A stretch of DNA of 55,661 nucleotides from an uncultured Uliginosibacterium sp. (GTDB taxonomy: Bacteria; Pseudomonadota; Gammaproteobacteria; Burkholderiales; Rhodocyclaceae): the NCBI GenBank assembly GCA_945957295.1, contig CAMFLH010000001.1, positions 1-55,661 on the forward strand, given 5' to 3'. Shown here piece after piece: positions 29,767 to 38,752 of the stretch (its first letter is position 1; each line of letters opens with the position of its first letter). A model generated the notes under the pieces. It worked only from the letters and a program-made list of their open reading frames with translations. It ran no database searches and had not been told where the DNA came from. The position numbers were made by a program, and so were the translations under genes.

Positions 29767-30912
29767 TCAATTCCGATGATCACCCAAAACGCTTCTGTAT
29801 AGCTGAGCATACCGGGCTCCTACCTTCTCGGCCGAGAATAGCTCTTTGTAGCGATCATAGGCTGCAATACCCATGCGCTTCGCAAGCGCAGGATCAGAAT
29901 CAAGGCTCCGCATAGCCGACGCCAGATGCGTCGCATCGGCAGGCGGAACAACAAAACCTGTGACGTTATGGGCATTGACAAACGAGGTCCCCGTGCCGAT
30001 CTCAGTCGATATCAGTGGCCGACCGCGAATCGCCCCCTCCAGCAATGTCATGCCAAACGCTTCAGACCTCAAGTGGGATGGAAATACAACCGCACGGCAT
30101 CCGTCAATCAACGCATACTTATCCGTATCGCTAACGTGACCCACAAAAGTCACATTGGCCAAACTCGACGCCATCGAGCGCAGACGCTCGCCTTCAGGCC
30201 CTTCGCCAGCAATCACCACGCGAAGCCCTGTGATAGCGGCCGCAGCAATCAGATAGTCTAAGCCTTTGTAATATCGCAACACTCCAACAAAAAGAAAATA
30301 CCCTTCACCCAACCTCTCGACCCACTCGTTGCTAAGGGCGCTATCGGACGGAGGCACGAAGCGCTCGTCAATACAGAGTGGTATCGTGTGAACCGGGCAA
30401 CTCAATTGACGTAAGAATGCACTCCCATCTCGATACCGTGGAGAAGTTGTCACCACTGCGGCCGCTCTCTCAAAAAAAGCGCGCCGGAACGGGGAATAGA
30501 GGCAATCCAGCAAACGTTGCCTAACAACGTCAGATTGGTATGTGATAATAAAAGGCTTAGACTTTCTTCCAAGCAATCCCAACAGATCGCCGAACGGCCA
30601 TGGGTAATGAAAGTGCAACAAATCGACGCAATCCGAGATTTCACGAAATGCCCGGATCGATGCGAGCCCGCCAAAGTCGCATGAGGCAACCTCAAAAAGG
30701 CTACGTTCTCGTCGCAAGAGCCCCTCAGGCACATCGATGACACGCGGCCGTGGGTCCTTGGCTAACGCAAAAACGGTATTCGAGACAGCGTACGGCACGG
30801 TACTAAGACTGATCTGACGAATAGCCTCCTGTAGCCCCCCTTGCGTCTCAGGAAAATAGGTCCGATAGACGTGGGCGACGCGAATCGGCCTTGAGCAGCC
30901 ACCGAGCGTCAT
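29767..30912 (-). CDS. GT4 glycosyltransferase, WbpZ/WbdC-like first adaptor transferase
   Basis: H.Y.TY.P...GG, HFHYPWPF.D, FVGVLRYYKGL, FPSHLRSEAFG..LLEG. Confidence 0.88.
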   Translation of the reverse strand: MTLGGCSRPIRVAHVYRTYFPETQGGLQEAIRQISLSTVPYAVSNTVFALAKDPRPRVIDVPEGLLRRERSLFEVASCDFGGLASIRAFREISDCVDLLHFHYPWPFGDLLGLLGRKSKPFIITYQSDVVRQRLLDCLYSPFRRAFFERAAAVVTTSPRYRDGSAFLRQLSCPVHTIPLCIDERFVPPSDSALSNEWVERLGEGYFLFVGVLRYYKGLDYLIAAAAITGLRVVIAGEGPEGERLRSMASSLANVTFVGHVSDTDKYALIDGCRAVVFPSHLRSEAFGMTLLEGAIRGRPLISTEIGTGTSFVNAHNVTGFVVPPADATHLASAMRSLDSDPALAKRMGIAAYDRYKELFSAEKVGARYAQLYRSVLGDHRN

Positions 30913-32048
30913 CTGGAGGCCATTCTGTAGACTTCTACCGTTCTGCGTGCAGTCTCCGCCCAGGAGAATCTCGCAGAATGCCTCAAACCGCGGTCAATCG
31001 CAGCCACTCGCCATTGGTTGTCCTGCAAGGCTCGATCAATTGCATTTGAGAACCCAACCACATCGTCAACGTCGCACAGCGCGGCCGCTCCACCTGCGAC
31101 TTCCGGCAACGACGCGGCGCTTGAGCAAACGACCGGTACGCCACTAGCCAGCGCCTCAAGTACAGGCAAACCAAAACCCTCGTAGCGAGACGGAAAAGCA
31201 AAAACCCGAGCACCGGCAAATAATGCGGGCATATGTTTCGCGTCAACATAGTCGAAATAGCGAGCCCAGCCCTCGCTCTCTGCCGCTGAAATTCGGCGCA
31301 ACAGCGTTTCACTATGCCACCCTCGGTAGCCCGCAAGAACTAGCGGAAAGCGACTTCTTTGGTCGGGCGCGAGCATCGAATATGCATCCAGCAAGACCTC
31401 AATATTCTTTCGAGGCTCCACTGTGCCCACATAGAGCGTGTATGCGCCGTGCGACAATCCCAAAGAGCCCAGAGTCATGCGCGTAGCATCGGAAGTCATT
31501 GGCCCAAATACGCTCTGCGCCGCCAACGGAATCGCGACCACCCGGCTCGAATCGACTCCAAAGTATTCGACTAATTCGGTACGGGTGTAAGCGGAATCCG
31601 CAATGATCATCTGAGCTCGCCGCAGTGCTACGGGAAGCTCTTTTTGCATGTATCGCACTCGCTCCGCCGGGTGGTACTCCGGCCACTTAAATATCGACAA
31701 ATCATGGAACGTCGTCACACATGGCCCGTCGAAAGGCGGGAGGTAATAGTTAGGGCTGTGGAACACAAAGCCACGCGCGCGATTAAGGATGAGTTTCTTA
31801 TAGACAGGCGACAAGAGACGGACCATGTCAACTGCAGCACCGAAACGCAATAGCGTTTGACGTACCGACCGAGGGGTAATAGGAACTCTAAGCGCGTCCA
31901 ACGGATCGGCAACCATCTTCCGTCCGGCGAAGTAACGCACATCCTCGACGCCCGGCACATCGGGGAGGTGCTTTGCCAACTCAAGTGCATAGTACCCAAC
32001 CCCCGTCATCGGAGGCCTTATGGCCTCCACGCCCAAAACGACTTTCAC
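30909..32048 (-). CDS. GT4 glycosyltransferase, WbpY/WbdB-like
   Basis: P.TGVG.Y, FHSPNYYLP, TFHDLS...P..HP.ERV, VGTVEPRKN, PSRYEGFGLPVLEA. Confidence 0.88.
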   Translation of the reverse strand: MKVVLGVEAIRPPMTGVGYYALELAKHLPDVPGVEDVRYFAGRKMVADPLDALRVPITPRSVRQTLLRFGAAVDMVRLLSPVYKKLILNRARGFVFHSPNYYLPPFDGPCVTTFHDLSIFKWPEYHPAERVRYMQKELPVALRRAQMIIADSAYTRTELVEYFGVDSSRVVAIPLAAQSVFGPMTSDATRMTLGSLGLSHGAYTLYVGTVEPRKNIEVLLDAYSMLAPDQRSRFPLVLAGYRGWHSETLLRRISAAESEGWARYFDYVDAKHMPALFAGARVFAFPSRYEGFGLPVLEALASGVPVVCSSAASLPEVAGGAAALCDVDDVVGFSNAIDRALQDNQWRVAAIDRGLRHSARFSWAETARRTVEVYRMASR

Positions 32049-32941
32049 CCGTTACTCTCAATCATCCATTGCAGCGTCTTCTTTAACGGCAGAGAGGACC
32101 AATCGCCAATAATGTTCCGTAGTCTCGAAGCGTCACCACATAGCCTCTGCACTTCATTGGCCCTAACAAACGCTGGGTTAACTGCCACCTCCAGCTTATG
32201 CCCCGACAGCGTCTCAGCAAGACCCAAGACATCACGCAAGGAGTACAGCTTACCGGAACAAACGTTCACAACGGCGCCGACCGGCTCACACTCGAGAAGA
32301 CGCCGATACGCCCGAGCAACCGAACGGACATCAGAAAAGTCGCGCCAGACATCCAGATTTCCAAGCTCAATAAGCGGAGCCCTTGACTTGAAATGCGCGA
32401 CAACTTTTGGCAGTAGAAAGTCCACCGATTGCCCAACGCCAGTGTAGTTAAACGGGCGAGCAATAATGATCGGCAGTCTCGGCAACCACAATTTAGCCAT
32501 ATATTCCATGGCCAGCTTGCTCACTGCATAGTCGTTGGCCGGATTCGGAGGAGTATCCTCTGAAAGGGCCCCCCCAACGGCGTTCCCGTAGACATTAGCA
32601 CTGCTGGCCAAAAGCACGGCACGCAACTGGAGCCCACTAGCTGAAAGGACCTCAAGTAGGTTCCGAGTTCCAACCACGTTCACGTCGTAGAATGCGTTGG
32701 CATTCCCATGCGCGACAAACGCGATCGCAGCGAGATGCACAACGTAGTCCGGCGCGATATCGCGAACCACCTCAAGCAGACGCGCACGGTCAGCCAAGTC
32801 GACTTGGCGACATTCAGAATGGCCGTCTGCATGAGCGCCAATCCCAAATACTTCGAAGCCAGCGGCGGCGAGCTCTCGCGCCAAATGCCGCCCAGTAAAG
32901 CCGGTCAAGCCGGTTACGAGAACACGCCGCTCTCTGACCAT
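32045..32941 (-). CDS. rmd: GDP-4-keto-6-deoxy-D-mannose reductase (Rmd-like)
   Basis: VTGLTGFTG, HLAAIAFV, ASSANVYG, YAVSK, RPFNYTG.GQ, LGNLDVWRDFSDVR; directly after gmd. Confidence 0.75.
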   Translation of the reverse strand: MVRERRVLVTGLTGFTGRHLARELAAAGFEVFGIGAHADGHSECRQVDLADRARLLEVVRDIAPDYVVHLAAIAFVAHGNANAFYDVNVVGTRNLLEVLSASGLQLRAVLLASSANVYGNAVGGALSEDTPPNPANDYAVSKLAMEYMAKLWLPRLPIIIARPFNYTGVGQSVDFLLPKVVAHFKSRAPLIELGNLDVWRDFSDVRSVARAYRRLLECEPVGAVVNVCSGKLYSLRDVLGLAETLSGHKLEVAVNPAFVRANEVQRLCGDASRLRNIIGDWSSLPLKKTLQWMIESNG

Positions 32942-32942
32942 A

Positions 32943-33983
32943 TCAGAAGGAGAAACCCAAATCATTGCGACGCAGATCTGCATCAACCATCATTTGGCAA
33001 AGCTGTTCCAACGTCGTCTTCGGCTCCCAACCCAACTTGTCTTTGGCCTTCTGAGGATTCCCAATCAACAGATCCACCTCCGCTGGCCTGTAGAACTTCG
33101 GATTCACCCTAACGAGCACCTTGCCTGAACGAGTGCAGACACCCTGCTCCGCCTCCGCACTTCCCTTCCACTCGAGTTTGATATCGCAAGCCTTAAAGGC
33201 CATCGTAACGAAATCGCGCACGGTCTCCGTGCGATTGGTTGCCAAGACGTAAGTATCGGGGTCATCAACCTGAAGCATCCGCCACATACCTTCCACGTAC
33301 TCCTTAGCAAACCCCCAATCCCGCTTCGCCTCCATATTGCCGAGCTCCAGCACGTCGAGCTTTCCGAGTTTGATTTTAGCCACTGAGTCGGTGATCTTGC
33401 GCGTGACGAACTCACGCCCACGCAAAGGCGACTCGTGATTGAACAATATTCCTGAGCAACCAAAGATCCCGTAGGACTCCCGGTAATTCACCGTCATCCA
33501 GTGCGCATATAGCTTCGCTACACCATACGGACTACGGGGATAAAATGGGGTCGACTCCACTTGAGGAACCGCCTGCACTTTCCCAAACATCTCTGACGTC
33601 GACGCTTGGTAAAAGCGGATTTTCGGATTAACGATCCGTATCGCCTCGAGCAAATTAACCGCGCCAACCCCCGTGATCTCAGCCGTCGTGAGTGGTTGCT
33701 CAAATGAGACGCCAACAAAACTCTGAGCGGCTAAGTTATATACTTCTGTTGCACCGGTGGTCTGCAGAAGGCGAATACTCGACGACAAATCGGTCAGGTC
33801 GTATTCAACGAGATGTAGATTCGGGTGCGACTGCACGCCAAGCTCTTCAATACGCCAAAAATTTACCGAGCTCGTGCGTCTGAAAGTCCCGTAGACAATA
33901 TACCCCTTCGCCAACAAAAGCTCGGAAAGATAGGCACCATCCTGGCCTGAAATACCGGTAACAATAGCAATCTTCACATGCAA
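32943..33983 (-). CDS. gmd: GDP-mannose 4,6-dehydratase
   Basis: [60 protein letters not shown]. Confidence 0.95.
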   Translation of the reverse strand: MHVKIAIVTGISGQDGAYLSELLLAKGYIVYGTFRRTSSVNFWRIEELGVQSHPNLHLVEYDLTDLSSSIRLLQTTGATEVYNLAAQSFVGVSFEQPLTTAEITGVGAVNLLEAIRIVNPKIRFYQASTSEMFGKVQAVPQVESTPFYPRSPYGVAKLYAHWMTVNYRESYGIFGCSGILFNHESPLRGREFVTRKITDSVAKIKLGKLDVLELGNMEAKRDWGFAKEYVEGMWRMLQVDDPDTYVLATNRTETVRDFVTMAFKACDIKLEWKGSAEAEQGVCTRSGKVLVRVNPKFYRPAEVDLLIGNPQKAKDKLGWEPKTTLEQLCQMMVDADLRRNDLGFSF

Positions 33984-33997
33984 CTCCTAAGTTAATT

Positions 33998-34741
33998 TCA
34001 ATCGCGTTTATTATTGATTTTTTTGAAAGCTTCCAATTCGGCCGGCGTACCAAGTACGTGAACATCCTGCAACGCTAGATCGGCGATCGAGATGTGCTTG
34101 CCGTTGCGCACCAGATGCTTATAGAGCGGCGCCACGTAACGCTCGCCACGCACCAGATTGGCTGGGTCAGCAAAGAATTCGTCATAGGCGTTCACATACT
34201 CACCGGCGCAGGCAAACCAGTACAGGCCTATCGAGGCAAAGTCCGATATGCGCTGCTTCTCGGCCAGATCGCTAGCCCATCCGTCTTCACCTAGTTTGAC
34301 GAAACTCCAGTGCTCACCCGGCACCCGGAAGCAGGGCACCCAACCATCAGAACCCGGGCGGATATCCGCTGGTTTGAGGGCCCGCGGATTCACATAGGTG
34401 TCGATGTTGTAGATCAGAAGCGGCGATTCCGGCTGCCACAAGTCGCGCGACAAATAGGCGCTCGTGGCCTGGCCGTCAGTGAGCTGCGCAAGCTCTAGCA
34501 CCCGCACGTCTCTTATTCCAAGCACGGCACTGCGCGCCCGCACATAGTCAGCCGACCTGTTCTCACCCAAGCACACGAAGATCACGCGACTGTCAGGAGC
34601 CAGGAAGTGCTTCAGAGAAAGCATGGACCAGTCAAACAGGCTGCGCCCATGCGCCATGATTTCGTATTTGGGGACAGTGTAGCCCGCATCGTAGAACCGC
34701 GAGCCACGCCCGGCCATCGTAATGACGATGTTCTGAGACAT
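33998..34741 (-). CDS. Sugar-phosphate nucleotidyltransferase-like protein (BcbG-like)
   Basis: ITMAGRGSRF...GY..PK, TDGQA.S, LLIYNIDT, WSFV, EK..IS..AS.GLY.F, GTP.EL. Start ATG 34741. Confidence 0.8.
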   Translation of the reverse strand: MSQNIVITMAGRGSRFYDAGYTVPKYEIMAHGRSLFDWSMLSLKHFLAPDSRVIFVCLGENRSADYVRARSAVLGIRDVRVLELAQLTDGQATSAYLSRDLWQPESPLLIYNIDTYVNPRALKPADIRPGSDGWVPCFRVPGEHWSFVKLGEDGWASDLAEKQRISDFASIGLYWFACAGEYVNAYDEFFADPANLVRGERYVAPLYKHLVRNGKHISIADLALQDVHVLGTPAELEAFKKINNKRD

Positions 34742-34749
34742 ACTGAAGA

Positions 34750-35154
34750 TTACTCCTGCCCCAAAAGCTTCTGGATATCGTCTTCGCTCATTTTGAGGAA
34801 TTCGTCCGGGCGCAACGCACGATCGTCGATGTAGAAACCCTTGTTGCGCGGCCAAGGCTTGCCGAACAGTATTTCGTCGTAGGGTACATCCCACCTTGCC
34901 AACCATTCGAGCAGCACTGGCGCGGTGTGCTTGTTGATCAGCCCGAGGTTGTTGTTATAGGTCTTCATGTTGCGCGAGGTGAACAAGAGGATGCGGTAGC
35001 CCCTGGCCTGATACTCGCGCAATTTTTCAATTATAGCTTGCCTGGGCGACAGCTCGGCATAGGACTGGCCAGCCGTCTTGATATCGCACAGAGTTCCGTC
35101 TATATCAACAACCAGCGTACCCTCGGTTTCTTCAAACGCCTTATTCACCTTCAA
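34750..35154 (-). CDS. HAD IIIC phosphatase, EcbF/BcbF capsule-biosynthesis family
   Basis: VVDIDGTL, FTSRNMKTY..N.G.IN.HT.P....WL....VPYDEI.FGKPW...GFYIDDRA.RP.EF. Confidence 0.85.
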   Translation of the reverse strand: MKVNKAFEETEGTLVVDIDGTLCDIKTAGQSYAELSPRQAIIEKLREYQARGYRILLFTSRNMKTYNNNLGLINKHTAPVLLEWLARWDVPYDEILFGKPWPRNKGFYIDDRALRPDEFLKMSEDDIQKLLGQE

Positions 35155-36604
35155 CCTCGTCGAGAACCTCGCGGGCCTTTAGCAGGAACGCAATGACCTT
35201 GTTCGGATAATCAATATGCAGCGGCAGCATGGAGAGGAACAAAGAGGCCTCGCCCAGGCGCATAATGCGCGCATCATGGCCTAGGGCCTTCACGCGTTGC
35301 AGAAAAAGAGGTTTGAGCGTGTCGTGATTGCTCTGGCGAACGCGCAACACCATGTCGTTATTGTCGGCAAAGCCGACATCGTACAAGCCATTATTAATGA
35401 AGTCGTAGTCGCCCAAAGCACTGTGCGAGACTTTGCACAAATCGTACAGCGGATGGGTCCACAACTCGTCTTCCGTGGTTGCGCCCTTGGGGTCGATCAG
35501 CTTGAGTAGGTAACGTTGAGGGTCATAGAGTGTGTTGGAAAAACACGGGTCGCCGTGGCCCACTACCATGTGCTCGAAGACGAAACCTTTCTCATGACGC
35601 CGGTAAAGCTTCAGATAGCGCTCCAATTGGCGTGTGACGTCCAACTCCGGCGTGGCGCTGGCGGCCAACTGATTGATGCGCTGTCCTTCAGCCATGGCAA
35701 GGAATTGTTTGACGCGCGACTCCAGCTTGGTGACGAACAGCTCACGGGCAGCGGCAGCGGACCGTTCCTTGCTGCAGGCCTGGCGCGGGCGCTCGGCGAG
35801 AAAGAACAGCAGGCGCTCGACGAAAGGAGCGAAGGTGTCCGCTTCAAAGGCGCCATGCACCCATTGCAGGGCCGCATCGGCAAGGTAGTAGCGCAGCATC
35901 TTGTATGCGGCGCGCGCGCCTTCATCCTGATAGTCAAAGGGTTGAATCAACCACGGTCGCATCGACTCTGGCACCAGTCCGTAGAAGGAATATTCCGCCA
36001 GCATCTTGCGTTTGTCGGTCGAACGTTTGGTGTAGTAGTAGGTGTCGATCTGCACTTCGTTGAAGTGGCGTGTCGCCGTCGATCCGCAGGTGAAGGACAA
36101 GAAGTCGCGGATCTTCGCAAGGTCCAGTGGCTCTACTGACTGCACGCGCTGGCTTCCTTGCCAGGCCTGCTCCCAAGTGTGCAGCGGCGTGGCAGCGAAA
36201 GCCGGCCATTGCTCAACCAGCATATGCGCATTGCGCAGGAAAGCGAGCAGCGGTTTGTACAGGCGATCGGTGAAATCCTCCTCGGCATAGGGCAGGCGTT
36301 CGATCAACTGGGTCAGGCGTTCGGGCGCCATGAAGCCGGCGCGGCCTGCGATCACACAGACGGCAGCGTCTTCGCCGCTAGCCTCCAGCGTGGCGCGCAC
36401 TAGGGCCAACTCTTCGTTGCTGCGCAGATGCATCAACCGCTTTCGTGCCCATTCCGGCAGAGCAGCACGGAAGTGCTCGATCAGCGCGCGGCGCTTGAAT
36501 ATGATGTCGCCATAGCGCCGCGGGCCGACCAAACTGCGCACTTCGCCAGTAGCGAACTCGCGGTCGTCAAGGATCAGCAGGATCTTCTCGTGAAGGTCCG
36601 ACAT
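35141..36604 (-). CDS. APH/choline-kinase-like sugar kinase (BcbE-like C-terminal domain)
   Basis: TRHFN, K.STDK.K..AEY, catalytic HGDPCFSN, LKLIDPKG, YDL.K.SHS.LG.YDFI. Confidence 0.75.
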   Translation of the reverse strand: MSDLHEKILLILDDREFATGEVRSLVGPRRYGDIIFKRRALIEHFRAALPEWARKRLMHLRSNEELALVRATLEASGEDAAVCVIAGRAGFMAPERLTQLIERLPYAEEDFTDRLYKPLLAFLRNAHMLVEQWPAFAATPLHTWEQAWQGSQRVQSVEPLDLAKIRDFLSFTCGSTATRHFNEVQIDTYYYTKRSTDKRKMLAEYSFYGLVPESMRPWLIQPFDYQDEGARAAYKMLRYYLADAALQWVHGAFEADTFAPFVERLLFFLAERPRQACSKERSAAAARELFVTKLESRVKQFLAMAEGQRINQLAASATPELDVTRQLERYLKLYRRHEKGFVFEHMVVGHGDPCFSNTLYDPQRYLLKLIDPKGATTEDELWTHPLYDLCKVSHSALGDYDFINNGLYDVGFADNNDMVLRVRQSNHDTLKPLFLQRVKALGHDARIMRLGEASLFLSMLPLHIDYPNKVIAFLLKAREVLDEVEGE

Positions 36605-36605
36605 A

Positions 36606-37484
36606 TCAAGATCTCAGGAGTTTGAAGCGTACCGCCAACCACACGGCAGCAAGGAATACGAGCGTCAGCGCCACCAGAGCCAGCGATTGGTAGAGGCCAA
36701 ACGCATTGGTTTCAGCCACAGCCCCACCTGGCAGACTGGCCAACAGGCCGGCGGCAAACAAGGCGGCGAAGTCCGGTTCGCCGATAGACAACTGTCTGAT
36801 GAACAGCGACAACGCGAGAACCTCGATAACCCAGATCAGCGTAGACAGTAGCAGGAAACCCGACAGGCGCCCTTCCACTGACTTATAGATGTCTAGCTCC
36901 AACAGGCGAAGTGCGTGGCTGGCACGCAGCAGGCGCAACCCGCGTACGGAATGACTTGCCAGCACTAGGTGGCGATTCAGGTAAACGAAGAGTTTGGCCA
37001 CCGCGAACAGGCCCAGCAGGCCAATGACGCTCGCCGAAACGAATAATACGAACACGGCCCGCATGGGTGCCGGCACGCTGACATTGAACAGGTAAAGGCA
37101 TAGGATGAATGCGGCGATCACAAGCACGTCGCCGAAGCGTTCAGCTAGCCATACGGCAAGGGCCTTGCGTCGCCCTTCATAGACATGGAAGAAGGCGCTC
37201 AGGCGCAATACTTCGCCAATTTTGAAAGGCAGGAAACTGCTCGGGAAAGCGGTGAGCGTGTGCGCAGCAACCAGCAAAAACGCGCGGTCGCGTTCATCTA
37301 GCGTCAGCAGTGCAAGACGCAGCATGCGAAAAACATGCGAACACAGGTAAAGAGAGATCACGCCCAGCAGACCCAGCCCGTGCGCACCGCGCCCAAAGTG
37401 GGCCAGTGCCGGCGAGCGTAACCATAGCCATCCAGCGACCAGCAAAAGAAGCAAGACGAGATACACGCGAAGACCACATTTCAT
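36606..37484 (-). CDS. UPF0104 / LPG-synthase-TM flippase-like membrane protein
   Basis: Multiple TMs; R..R, FLPFKIGEVLR and ERFGD motifs. Start ATG 37484, just after the GT2 stop. Confidence 0.7.
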   Translation of the reverse strand: MKCGLRVYLVLLLLLVAGWLWLRSPALAHFGRGAHGLGLLGVISLYLCSHVFRMLRLALLTLDERDRAFLLVAAHTLTAFPSSFLPFKIGEVLRLSAFFHVYEGRRKALAVWLAERFGDVLVIAAFILCLYLFNVSVPAPMRAVFVLFVSASVIGLLGLFAVAKLFVYLNRHLVLASHSVRGLRLLRASHALRLLELDIYKSVEGRLSGFLLLSTLIWVIEVLALSLFIRQLSIGEPDFAALFAAGLLASLPGGAVAETNAFGLYQSLALVALTLVFLAAVWLAVRFKLLRS

Positions 37485-37488
37485 GCAA

Positions 37489-38301
37489 TCAGCCACCTTG
37501 GCGGTACTGAATCTGTCCGCTGTAATTATCAAAGGGTTTGCCGCGCATCTCAGTGGCGAGAAATCTGGCACGTCCAATGCAATACCCAAGAAGCAACCGC
37601 AAGACTTTAAACGCCTGACTAAAGAGCTTAACGTTTGAGATCTGGTCTTCTTCGCGCCAACTGATCGGAAAGAACTTCACTGTTTGGCCCCGGTGGTAGC
37701 TTGCCAAAAGCATCACGTAGTTGAAAGTCAGATCATCCGGAAATTTCTCGAAGTAGAAGTCTCGAAAAGAGGTCAATCGGTAAAGATTGAGACCCGACCC
37801 TAAATCATGGATATTGCGCATCGCGGCAATTGAAAAAAGCTTGTTGTAGACGTGATTACCGAAGGTGCGAAACCAAGAATAGCCTTTTAACCGGCTGCCA
37901 TGCATAAACCGCGCGCCGAGCAAACAATCTACGCCCTTGTGTGCCCCAACCTCCAACTGCTGAATCAAATCAAGAATATCGGCCTGATCGTCGCCGTGCA
38001 ACACAACGAGGTAATCAAAACCCTGATCAATGGCATAACGAAAAGCCGCCTTATGCGAGCCGCCGAGACCATAGTTGTCATCATTGCGCCAACAAACGAA
38101 CTCACAGTCAGAGAGCGTTTTGCCGCCATGCTCGATAGCGACCTCCAGTGTCTGATCAGGCGAGCGATTATCCACAACCAATATCGTATCCACCCACGCA
38201 ACGACGCGACGATCAGCAAACTGATCGATCACCCGCTGTATCTGCGACTGGCATCGATATGCCGGGACAAAAACAAGTATGCGCGCCCTGTTCTCAGACA
38301 T
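37489..38301 (-). CDS. GT2 polyprenyl-phosphate glycosyltransferase (DPM-synthase/GtrB-like, no C-terminal TMs)
   Basis: VPAY, VVDNRSPD.T, NYGLGG, LHGDDQ, LGARF, R.FGN, DLGSG. Confidence 0.82.
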   Translation of the reverse strand: MSENRARILVFVPAYRCQSQIQRVIDQFADRRVVAWVDTILVVDNRSPDQTLEVAIEHGGKTLSDCEFVCWRNDDNYGLGGSHKAAFRYAIDQGFDYLVVLHGDDQADILDLIQQLEVGAHKGVDCLLGARFMHGSRLKGYSWFRTFGNHVYNKLFSIAAMRNIHDLGSGLNLYRLTSFRDFYFEKFPDDLTFNYVMLLASYHRGQTVKFFPISWREEDQISNVKLFSQAFKVLRLLLGYCIGRARFLATEMRGKPFDNYSGQIQYRQGG

Positions 38302-38752
38302 TCTTTGCCTCATTTCGGTGCATGCACTGCATAAGACACTTCATGAAAACAAAATTGGTAATCAAATTGAATGGGGTGACCGCGCACTTTGCCAAAATCG
38401 CCGACGCGCCGACCAAGAGCTGCGCCGCCAAGGCAGCTTTCATGACATTCTCCAAAAAACGAAGCGCCTCCGAATAGACGAGAATGGATAGCAATTGGTA
38501 GCCCCAGTACGCAAAAATTAGCCGACTACGGGCAACCTGCGCACAGCCAAACACCGCTTTGAGTGACGCAAACCAAACAAAGGTAACCCCGACGTAAGAA
38601 GAGACAAAATTGGCCCAAAACGCCCCCCCTCCAAAGAAGATCGCCAAGACCAAAAACGTCACAAAATCGCAGAGCCAACCAACACCGGAAAAAGCGGAAA
38701 AAACGACAAACTGCCTTAAAGCCCTCGCGGCTTTTCGCGGGTCTATTGACAT
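38294..38752 (-). CDS. GtrA-family lipid-linked sugar flippase
   Basis: RQF..F...SG.G...DF, AN..S..VG....F, AK......NF...K; four TMs. Confidence 0.8.
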   Translation of the reverse strand: MSIDPRKAARALRQFVVFSAFSGVGWLCDFVTFLVLAIFFGGGAFWANFVSSYVGVTFVWFASLKAVFGCAQVARSRLIFAYWGYQLLSILVYSEALRFLENVMKAALAAQLLVGASAILAKCAVTPFNLITNFVFMKCLMQCMHRNEAKNV

